Below are positions 18,775-26,317 of a stretch of 64,000 nucleotides of DNA, piece after piece. Each line of letters starts with the position of its first letter. The first letter of the stretch is position 1. The stretch is taken from assembly GCA_035276045.1 (NCBI GenBank), contig DATELZ010000147.1, positions 2,626 through 66,625 on the forward strand, given 5' to 3'. The DNA comes from Pyrinomonadaceae bacterium (lineage in GTDB: Bacteria; Acidobacteriota; Blastocatellia; Pyrinomonadales; Pyrinomonadaceae). The notes under the pieces are model-generated. The model did no database searches, was not told the origin of the DNA, and saw only the letters and a program-made list of their open reading frames with translations. The position numbers and the translations under genes were made by a program.

Positions 18775-19338
18775 TTAAGTTAGCTGCGCCGCGAGCCATG
18801 CCTTGGCGCTGCGCCACTCGCGCTTGACGGTTGATTCGGAAGTTGAAAGGACTTCGGCCACTTCCTCATTCGAGAGGCCGGCAAAAAACTTCATCTCTAC
18901 GATGCGCGCTTGCGTGTTATCGAGCGTCGCGAGACGGGTGAGAGCTTCGTCGAGCAATACCAGGTCAACCTCGCGCCGGCCTGAGAAGCCGGTTGCTTCG
19001 TCGAGCGGAAGCACGGTCGCGCCCGCGCCGCGTTTCTCGGAGCGGCGACTGACCGCGTGGTTGACGAGTATACGCCGCATCGTCTCGGCGGCGATGGAAA
19101 AGAAGTGCGCGCGGTTGCGCCAGTCAACCGAGTGCTGGTCGACAAGACGCAGGTAAGCCTCGTTTACGAGCGCAGTGGCTTGCAGTGTGTGTCCGGGGCG
19201 CTCGTTCGCAAGCTGGCGCGCAGCAATCCCCTTTAGCTCGCGATAGACGAGCGGCAACAGCTCGTCGAGCGCCGCGCGGTCGCCCGCTTGTGCCTGCCTG
19301 AGCAGCCCTGTTACACCATTCATCAGCTCTTCACTCAT
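18775..19338 (-). CDS. ECF-type RNA polymerase sigma factor (PF07638/TIGR02999-like)
   Basis: LLRQAQAGDRAALDELLPLVYRELKGIAARQLANERPGHTLQATALVNEAYLRLVD is the hallmark N-terminus of this ECF family. The region 4 HTH reads LSNEEVAEVLSTSESTVKREWRSAKAWL. I prefer ATG 19338 (MSEELMNGV..) over the ORF-track GTG at 19434. Confidence 0.85.
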   Translation of the reverse strand: MSEELMNGVTGLLRQAQAGDRAALDELLPLVYRELKGIAARQLANERPGHTLQATALVNEAYLRLVDQHSVDWRNRAHFFSIAAETMRRILVNHAVSRRSEKRGAGATVLPLDEATGFSGRREVDLVLLDEALTRLATLDNTQARIVEMKFFAGLSNEEVAEVLSTSESTVKREWRSAKAWLAAQLT

Positions 19339-19508
19339 CTTCGCGCATTGCTCACGATTCACGCCTGGGAGCGTTGCATGCTTCTCTCGGTAGTCGCCTG
19401 AAAAAACTTTATCGCCGCCTGACCCTTCCGGCACGAATTTTTTGCGATTGGTTATGAGGGCGCATTTTGCCGCGCCCTTCGGGGAAGCCGCGGAGCGCGG
19501 TTGTCGCC

Positions 19509-19539
19509 ATTATAAGTTCAACCACTGCGTTGTGATCAA
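19509..19539 (-). promoter_or_regulatory. Candidate sigma70-type promoter for the sigma/kinase operon
   Basis: The minus strand reads TTGATC-(18-19 nt)-TATAAT with a perfect -10, about 170 nt upstream of ATG 19338. The spacer is slightly long. Confidence 0.25.
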
Positions 19540-19600
19540 TATGCGCCGTGAGGATTCTTCCCCACTCCCTTGTCAGAGACAAAATTCAGGAGGCCTTTGC

Positions 19601-21442
19601 ATGTACGTGCGACCATTAACCCTCAACCGAACCGCGTTCAAAATTCCCGCCAGCCGTGTAAACGAGCCGTGGTGGGTTGGACCGGCTTACTTGCTTTTCG
19701 CGTTACTGATCGGCGGCCTGTTGGCCACCGTGACTCAAGCCGCTTCCCTGTGGACGCATAAACCGACATCGGACATCAAATGGTATCGCGTGACTGACGT
19801 TGGCTCGATCCTGATCGGATCGAAGTCGGGACTTTACACGCTCGACGGCGCAAACGGGCAAACAATCTGGACCCGCAACGATCTCGCGGGCACCGAAGAG
19901 TTTGAAGTCGACATCATCGCCGGCACGCCGCTTCTCTTTGTCTCCGACACTTCGGGAGCTTTCAGCAAAGGCACGAAGCTCTTTGCTCTCGATCTTCTCA
20001 CCGGCCAAAACATCTGGGAGACCGACAAACTGAAAGGCGCGACCGTCGCCGTCGAGCCGGTTTACGAGAAAGATTTGGTCCTGCTCGTCACCGTCCCAGA
20101 CAATCGCGCGAACAAAGCAAAGCCGAAGGTCTCCGCGTTGCGCCTGACCACCGGGGAGATGGTCTGGGAAGCTGACTATCCGGACAACGTCGATCTTTAT
20201 GGCATTGAACGTGGCAGTAAATACTTTCCGAAGTTTGATCTCTCAGGCGCTAACGAACCGCTGCACGACAGCGATTCGGTCTACTTCACATATGCCGGAC
20301 TTCATCGCTATGCGCTCGAAGACGGCAAGCTCATGTGGAGTGTGAAATACGACGTGACCGAGGGTTCGATCAAACGCGGTAACGCCCAGGCGCTGATCGA
20401 CGGCGAAACTATTTACACCTCGGCGAAGGGCCAGTTGCGCGCGATTGACAAACAGTCGGGCGCTGTCAAATGGACCAGCAAGGACTTCGGCGGCTCAGTT
20501 GCCGAGTTGAAACTCATCGGCGACGTGCTTTATGGCCGGCTCGGCGGCGCTTTCTACGACTTCGGCAAACGCGAGTATGTAAACAAGAAGCCGTTTGGTG
20601 TTGCCGCTGTTAACAAGGGCTCGGGCGCAACGCTTTGGTATTACGAGGGCGCCAAGGAAAGTGTGACGAACATGGTGGTCATTCCGAACGAGAACCTCGT
20701 TCTTCTCGCGGATGCCAAGAACGTGATCGCGCTCGATACGTCCAGCACTGGTAAGGCAAAAGAAGCTTACAAGATGAAGCTGGAGTTCAAGCACAACCTC
20801 GGCGCCGCAGCCACGGTGGCGAAGGTGGCGAAGTTTGGTTTTGGCGGTCTCTCGGCGATAGGTTCAAAAGGCGCTGACACGACCGACGAACCGGTCGCTC
20901 TTTACCGGCGTGAAAACGGCACTGTCGTCGTGCAAGGCAAGCAACACCTGCTCGCGTTCGATCCGCGTTCACGCAATATCGCGTGGTCGGTGAAATACGA
21001 AGCGCCGGGCGTGCCGGGTTGGCAAAAGATCGCGATGGCTGGTTTGACTGCGCTCGCCTACACCTCTGCGACTGCGGCCGCGGCGAACAGTTACTACGGC
21101 ACGAGCCAAAACCGTTGGGCCAACAGTCAACGAATCAACTCGCTGGCCGCGTACGAACAATTCGTCAGCAAACGCTACAGCGCCACGAAAGCCAGCGGCA
21201 ATTACGTCTACGTACTGACGACAGTCAAGGAAGGCAAAGAGAAAGGCGCCGGCTTGATTGGAGTTCACATGGAGACCGGCCGCGGCGACCGGCAGATCAT
21301 GTTCAAGGACAAAGAGCCTGACTACCAGGTGGACGATGCCGAAGGCCGCGTCTTCAACCTGCGCAACTCAAAAGAACTGTCGGCGTTCACCGTCGACGCC
21401 GCACCACCAGCCGAGGAGAAGAAGGACGACAAGAACGATTAA
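19601..21442 (+). CDS. PQQ-like (BamB-type) beta-propeller repeat protein, exported or anchored
   Basis: ATG 19601 has AGGAGG 8 nt upstream, so the ORF-track TTG start at 19442 is trimmed. N-terminal hydrophobic segment: YLLFALLIGGLLATVTQAASL. Recurrent G-x-x-[IVLM]W blades: GQTIWTRND, GQNIWETDK, GEMVWEADY, GKLMWSVKY, GAVKWTSKD, GATLWYYEG, RNIAWSVKY. Confidence 0.8.
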   Translation: MYVRPLTLNRTAFKIPASRVNEPWWVGPAYLLFALLIGGLLATVTQAASLWTHKPTSDIKWYRVTDVGSILIGSKSGLYTLDGANGQTIWTRNDLAGTEEFEVDIIAGTPLLFVSDTSGAFSKGTKLFALDLLTGQNIWETDKLKGATVAVEPVYEKDLVLLVTVPDNRANKAKPKVSALRLTTGEMVWEADYPDNVDLYGIERGSKYFPKFDLSGANEPLHDSDSVYFTYAGLHRYALEDGKLMWSVKYDVTEGSIKRGNAQALIDGETIYTSAKGQLRAIDKQSGAVKWTSKDFGGSVAELKLIGDVLYGRLGGAFYDFGKREYVNKKPFGVAAVNKGSGATLWYYEGAKESVTNMVVIPNENLVLLADAKNVIALDTSSTGKAKEAYKMKLEFKHNLGAAATVAKVAKFGFGGLSAIGSKGADTTDEPVALYRRENGTVVVQGKQHLLAFDPRSRNIAWSVKYEAPGVPGWQKIAMAGLTALAYTSATAAAANSYYGTSQNRWANSQRINSLAAYEQFVSKRYSATKASGNYVYVLTTVKEGKEKGAGLIGVHMETGRGDRQIMFKDKEPDYQVDDAEGRVFNLRNSKELSAFTVDAAPPAEEKKDDKND

Positions 21443-21480
21443 CCCACTGGAGGAAAGGGTCTACAAATCGTTCTTTGGGT

Positions 21481-21595
21481 GGTGTCTTAGTTAAGCTCTG
21501 CGTTCTCTGCGTGCCTTTGGGACCTCTGCGTAAACTTCGCTATAGGCGTGGTTAAACGCAGAGCACACAGAGACACGCAGAGAAAATAAGAGACC
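21481..21595. repeat. CTCTGCG-type palindromic element, copy 2 (subfamily A)
   Basis: GGTGTCTTAGTTAAGCTCTGCGTTCTCTGCGTGCC..CCTCTGCGTAAAC..AACGCAGAGCACACAGAGACACGCAGAG..TAAGAGACC. Same orientation as copy 1 and near-identical to it. Confidence 0.8.
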
Positions 21596-21764
21596 ATTCT
21601 TTGTCTTCCGTACTCTCCCCTGTCCGTGTCTGTCCGTCGCCGCAATGAGTAGGGCAGACACGTTACTGCCGCTGCGTCCACGCACCGGCGACGGCACGAA
21701 TCGCTTACGTCGCGACGCAGCGGCCCCGCCCTCACTAATTAGTCGAACACCATCCAAAATTTCG

Positions 21765-21792
21765 TTGACTACCATCTGAATTAATGTATACT
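21765..21792 (+). promoter_or_regulatory. Candidate sigma70-type promoter upstream of the Cys-rich peptide gene
   Basis: TTGACT (21765-21770), a 16-nt spacer, then TATACT (21787-21792). This implies a leader of ~200 nt before ATG 22005. Confidence 0.4.
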
Positions 21793-22004
21793 GCCGCCCG
21801 ATTCCCATGAACAGCCTGAGTACTCCTCGTTGAGCATCGCCTGATTCCGGCTGTCCTCATGAGCATCACAATCCCCTTACCCCCTAAACCGTGACCAGGA
21901 ATCAACAGTAGATCTGCTAGGGGTCGAAATCTGTTGCAATGGGTTCCGACCGGTCTGTTGTCAGAACTGCTGAAACTCACAACCCACAAGCAGGAGGTAA
22001 ATCA

Positions 22005-22232
22005 ATGAGAAGGACTTGGCTGTATTTGAAGCTGGCAGTTCTCGTGCTGTCTGCCGCCATGATGTACACCAACGTCGAGAGCAACCGCGTGTTTGCTTTC
22101 GGATGCTCTGGCGGATGCGAAACCTCATCCGGGAACTGCAAGTGTCAAACCAGTACTTCATGCGGTTGCTTCATCGAACCGGGAGAAGCCGGGTGTGGGG
22201 TTTGTAAAGGGAAGAGCGACGAAGAAACCTAA
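22005..22232 (+). CDS. Small exported cysteine-rich peptide (75 aa, 8 Cys in the last 42 residues)
   Basis: AGGAGG lies 7 nt upstream of ATG 22005 (the ORF track starts earlier, at 21939). Sequence: MRRTWLYLKLAVLVLSAAMMYTNVESNRVFA / FGCSGGCETSSGNCKCQTSTSCGCFIEPGEAGCGVCKGKSDEET. This reads as a Sec-like signal followed by Cx3C, CxC, CxC and CxxC pairs. Confidence 0.65.
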   Translation: MRRTWLYLKLAVLVLSAAMMYTNVESNRVFAFGCSGGCETSSGNCKCQTSTSCGCFIEPGEAGCGVCKGKSDEET

Positions 22233-22264
22233 AAAACGTCTCGACGAATTCCCATTACATTGCC

Positions 22265-22294
22265 GGACGTTGACGGATCTTTTCGTCAACGTCC
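22265..22294 (+). promoter_or_regulatory. Perfect 11-bp stem-loop between the peptide gene and the downstream gene
   Basis: GGACGTTGACG-GATCTTTT-CGTCAACGTCC with no downstream U-tract. It may act as an attenuator or an mRNA-stabilising hairpin. Confidence 0.5.
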
Positions 22295-22313
22295 GCTATC
22301 TGCGAGGAAAGTC

Positions 22314-23867
22314 ATGAACTCAAATAAATTCAGAAAATACGTCGACACCATCACCACAATCCTCGTTGTAGCTATCTTTCTCACGGTAGCCGGCATGTAT
22401 GTCCACGGCAGGTTCTTCAAGAAACAGGTCGATCCGCTCGGCAGCACGATACCCAAAGAGTCGCGACTGGCGGATGCGCTGCCGATTGAATACAAGACCC
22501 ACTCGCGAACGCTGATTCTTGTCCTCGACAAAGATTGCGTCTACTGCGAACGCAGTGTCGGATTCTATAAGCGCTTACTCGATCTCCAGGTCACGAATAC
22601 ACAGTTCGTGGCCGTGCTGCAAAACGATGCGTGGGACGCAAAACAGTATCTCAGAAAGGAAGGACTCGAACGTTTACCGCACCTGGCAAACATTCCGTTG
22701 GGCCAACTGAAAATTTCCGTGCTGCCGACCTTGATACTGGTGGATCGTCTCGGAAGAGTTTTGGAATCGTGGTCGGGAGAACTCGACGAAGAACGGCAGG
22801 GACAGGTAGTGGAGGCTATCGGCAACAGATCGGAGCCCGCCAGCGATCGGAACCTGAATTCAACCTTCAATCTTTTTGATGAGACAAAACCCACACAAAC
22901 AACTGCCCTCGACTCTGTTTCCCTGCAAAACATCATTGACGTCGACGCCGAAGGCTATCTCTACATCAAGAACGGCGACCAGATAGACAAGAGAACTATC
23001 GAAGGTGCAGTCGTCGAAAAAATTCCGTTTCCAGCCGAACTCGGAAGAGGTGAGATTTGCGCCGGCAGTGACGGCGACGTTCATTTCATCACGGATCAAA
23101 AAATAGTCACGTCGCGCCGCAAGGGCGAATCGCGACAGTTTGTCGAGACTCGTTTGCCGCACCAAATTTCTCCTGAGACCGCGCGCTACGATGCACCGCG
23201 AAGAAGCATTTTCATTCTTAGCAATTCAGCCAAAGACGGTCCGCCAAAGCACTCCGAACAGGTGTTGTACAAATTCAATCTCGGCAATGGCGAGCTTACG
23301 GAGGTTCACCGCGCACAGCTTCCAATCGTTTACAACTACGCCATTGGCCTGTGCCGGATTAACTATGTGATCGGGCGCGACAAACTGTTCGTCTCCGATC
23401 CTACCGAGTACAAAATCTCCGTCTATTCGCTGGAGAACAACTCCCTCTTGACTACCTTTACCCAACCATTCGAGCGCCCGCTCATCAGGAAAGAGGACGG
23501 CAAGTTTGACAGTCGAAATCTAACGGCAGCGGATCTGACACAACATGGGGCGCTTAAGCAGTATCCAGCCATCTTCGGGCTCGACTATATAACGTCGAAA
23601 AACCTGTTGCTGGTATGGACCAGCATCCGCAACTCAGCTCACGAGCAGATGATCGATGTCTTTGACGGCGAGCTTCGTCCGCTTGGCCGAGACTTTCGGC
23701 CCACGGAGCCGCTCTTCTCGAAGTATCATTTCGTCGGGGACAAAGTGATTGTTCCGGATTACGGGTTTGGCAAGGAGTTCCATTTGGATTCCCTGTCACC
23801 TCTGGAGCCGGCCTACTATAAACCGAGCAGGATTAAGTCGTTTCAGTTACTGGCCGGCCGGGAGTAG
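22314..23867 (+). CDS. Membrane-anchored TlpA/ResA-like thioredoxin-fold protein (CxxC) fused to a ~330-aa beta-rich C-terminal domain
   Basis: ATG 22314 follows GAGGAAAG. N-terminal TM segment: ITTILVVAIFLTVAGMYV. The redoxin core is TLILVLDKDCVYCERSVGFYKRL with a cis-Pro loop VLPTLILVDRLGRV. The C-terminal half has propeller-like repeats and no family that I recognise. Confidence 0.7.
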   Translation: MNSNKFRKYVDTITTILVVAIFLTVAGMYVHGRFFKKQVDPLGSTIPKESRLADALPIEYKTHSRTLILVLDKDCVYCERSVGFYKRLLDLQVTNTQFVAVLQNDAWDAKQYLRKEGLERLPHLANIPLGQLKISVLPTLILVDRLGRVLESWSGELDEERQGQVVEAIGNRSEPASDRNLNSTFNLFDETKPTQTTALDSVSLQNIIDVDAEGYLYIKNGDQIDKRTIEGAVVEKIPFPAELGRGEICAGSDGDVHFITDQKIVTSRRKGESRQFVETRLPHQISPETARYDAPRRSIFILSNSAKDGPPKHSEQVLYKFNLGNGELTEVHRAQLPIVYNYAIGLCRINYVIGRDKLFVSDPTEYKISVYSLENNSLLTTFTQPFERPLIRKEDGKFDSRNLTAADLTQHGALKQYPAIFGLDYITSKNLLLVWTSIRNSAHEQMIDVFDGELRPLGRDFRPTEPLFSKYHFVGDKVIVPDYGFGKEFHLDSLSPLEPAYYKPSRIKSFQLLAGRE

Positions 23868-23883
23868 TCCTGGAGTTCGCGGA

Positions 23884-26295
23884 ATGGAGTTTACCTACAG
23901 TCTCAGAACACTGGTTAGGAATCCTGTTTTCACCGGGGCAGTGGTCGTGATGCTCGCCATCGGGATTGGCGCGAGCGCGGCGATCTTTGGGGTGCTCGAT
24001 CGGCTGTTTATTCGACCGCTGCCGTTCAAGGACCAGGATCAAATTGTCTCACTGGAGAAGGCTTGGCCGCTGTTCGAGAATTCATCGGGGGACGGTGAGT
24101 TCGCCGGACAGGCGGACGACGCGTTTGAGGGTGTGGCCCAGTATGAGATCGGCCGAGTCACTCTCGGAGGCGGAACAGCTCCCGAGGTTATTCGAGTGGC
24201 GCGAACGTCGAGAAGCTTTTTTTCAATTCTCGGTGTTGGGCCAGAGGTCGGGTATTTCTTTTCCGCGCCCAGTCTCCCTGGTCCGTCTGCACAGCAAGAC
24301 GATGTAGCAGTACTCAGTCACAGTGTGTGGCGCAGGGTTTTCAACCAGGATGCCGCGATCGCCGGCAGACAGATCACTCTCAACGGTCGTTCATTCACAG
24401 TCCTGGGCGTTATGCCGTCAGAGTTTCTCTTCCTGGTGCGCGGAAGAGAAGCTGATGCGTGGATTCCCCTCGTCCCGGACGACTCACTGGTTAAGACTGC
24501 ACAGGAGGAAGGACGCGGCACTATCGCGCGTTTGAAACCTGGTCTCACGCTCGATCAGGCGCAAGCGAGAACGGACGTTGTTTTCGAGCGAATCACACAA
24601 GCGCAGCCTCAACTCAAACTGAAATCAAAAGATCGAATTCTGCTGACCCAGTTGCGCGATCATTGGTTTGGCAACTTGCGCTCGCCACTGCTGCTGTTGC
24701 TGGGCGCCGGCATTTGTCTTTTGTTGATAGCCGGCGCCAACACCATGAGCTTGATGATCGCCCGCTCCGCCGAACGCGAGAAAGACATGGCGATCAGAAT
24801 GGCTCTCGGGGCCGGCTGGATACAGATGATGCGACAGCATTTGATCGAAAGTTTGTGTCTGGGCATCGCGGGAAGCGTGCTGGGACTGCTGATCGCGTAT
24901 TGGGCCACGAAAGCGATGCTCGCGCTGAGTCCGACGCCGATTCCTCATCCGGAAGAAGTCGGGATAAATCTCAGGATTATTGCCTTTGCGTTTGCTATTG
25001 CGATCCCGGCGGCAGTTATTCCGGGTTTGATTGGCGCGTGGCGAGTATCCAGAACGTCGATCAGATCCATGGTCAATGAAGGTTCGGTCAGAAGTGGTGC
25101 TCTTTTATCACCACGCCTGAGAAAGCTGCTCATCGTTTCGGAAGTTGCGTTAACAGTGCTGGTGCTGATCAATGCCGGCTTGCTGTTCCGAAGTTTCCGC
25201 GAGTTGTTGCAGGAGAAGATCGGATTTGACACTCAGAATGTGTTGACGCTGGAAGTTGCGCCACTTACCACCAGGTATCCGGACGCGCAGAAACGCAGCG
25301 CGCTGTATCAGCAAATCATCGATCGAGCCCGGAGTCTTCCGGGCGTCACACACGCCGGCACAGTCAACTATCTCCCCATCTTCTCCGGAAGCCTGATTCT
25401 TCCTGTCAGTCTTCAGGAACGCGTTGTTCCTCCGGAACAGGGCTTTTCGTGGACGTATCGAGTCGCCAGTTCCGACTACTTCAACACTATGAAGATCCCC
25501 ATCGTCGAAGGCCGCTCCTTTGCCGAACACGATGGTGTGGATGCGCCGCGGGTCGTGATCCTCGACCAATCAGCAGCCGCATATTTGAAGCAGAACTTTT
25601 TCCCCAACGAGACTGTTCTGGGCAAGCACATAATTCTTAACTTCGATAAACCTATTGCTTTCGAGATCATTGGAATCGCCGGTGATATTCGGCAACAGGG
25701 TTTGGACATCACGACGTATCCCGGGTTCTATTTGCATGCGCTGCAACGTCCGCCGTCTGTTTCCAATCTGGTTGTCCGCACGACGTCCGATCCGGTCAGC
25801 ATTGCCGGACTGATGCGCAAGGCGATCTCGGAAGTCGATAAAGATCTGCCCGTGAGCGATCTGCGGCTAATGGAAAAGCAGGTGAGTGAGTCAGTATCGC
25901 GGCGGCGGTTTGGCCTGCTGCTCACGAGCATACTGGGCACGGCAGCTTTATTACTTTCAATGCTCGGTCTTTACAGCCTGATGTCGCATATCGTTTTACA
26001 CCGGACGCATGAGATTGGAATCCGAATGGCGTTGGGCGCAAGCGTTTGGGACGTACTGAAACTGATATTGAAACAGGCGCTGGTATTGGTGATCATCGGC
26101 CTCGCCCTGGGCACAGCGATCTCCATTGCCACGGGGCGATTAATTTCGAGTTTGCTGTTCGGCGTGAGCTCGACCGATCAATTGACGCTGGCGGGAGTGG
26201 CGCTGATCTTGATCGTCGTTGCGCTTATCGCCTGCTACATCCCGGCGCGCCGGGCAATGAAGGTCGATCCGATCGAGGCGTTGCGATACGAGTAA
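23884..26295 (+). CDS. ADOP-family (MacB-like, duplicated FtsX) ABC transporter permease
   Basis: ATG 23884 (GGAG upstream). The N-terminus FTYSLRTLVRNPVFTGAVVVMLAIGIGASAAIFGVLDRLFIRPLPF is typical of TIGR03434 permeases. Two FtsX-type 4-TM blocks are separated by periplasmic MacB-like domains. No adjacent ATPase gene. Confidence 0.85.
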   Translation: MEFTYSLRTLVRNPVFTGAVVVMLAIGIGASAAIFGVLDRLFIRPLPFKDQDQIVSLEKAWPLFENSSGDGEFAGQADDAFEGVAQYEIGRVTLGGGTAPEVIRVARTSRSFFSILGVGPEVGYFFSAPSLPGPSAQQDDVAVLSHSVWRRVFNQDAAIAGRQITLNGRSFTVLGVMPSEFLFLVRGREADAWIPLVPDDSLVKTAQEEGRGTIARLKPGLTLDQAQARTDVVFERITQAQPQLKLKSKDRILLTQLRDHWFGNLRSPLLLLLGAGICLLLIAGANTMSLMIARSAEREKDMAIRMALGAGWIQMMRQHLIESLCLGIAGSVLGLLIAYWATKAMLALSPTPIPHPEEVGINLRIIAFAFAIAIPAAVIPGLIGAWRVSRTSIRSMVNEGSVRSGALLSPRLRKLLIVSEVALTVLVLINAGLLFRSFRELLQEKIGFDTQNVLTLEVAPLTTRYPDAQKRSALYQQIIDRARSLPGVTHAGTVNYLPIFSGSLILPVSLQERVVPPEQGFSWTYRVASSDYFNTMKIPIVEGRSFAEHDGVDAPRVVILDQSAAAYLKQNFFPNETVLGKHIILNFDKPIAFEIIGIAGDIRQQGLDITTYPGFYLHALQRPPSVSNLVVRTTSDPVSIAGLMRKAISEVDKDLPVSDLRLMEKQVSESVSRRRFGLLLTSILGTAALLLSMLGLYSLMSHIVLHRTHEIGIRMALGASVWDVLKLILKQALVLVIIGLALGTAISIATGRLISSLLFGVSSTDQLTLAGVALILIVVALIACYIPARRAMKVDPIEALRYE

Positions 26296-26317
26296 CGGGC
26301 ATGTATTCGGTCTCACT

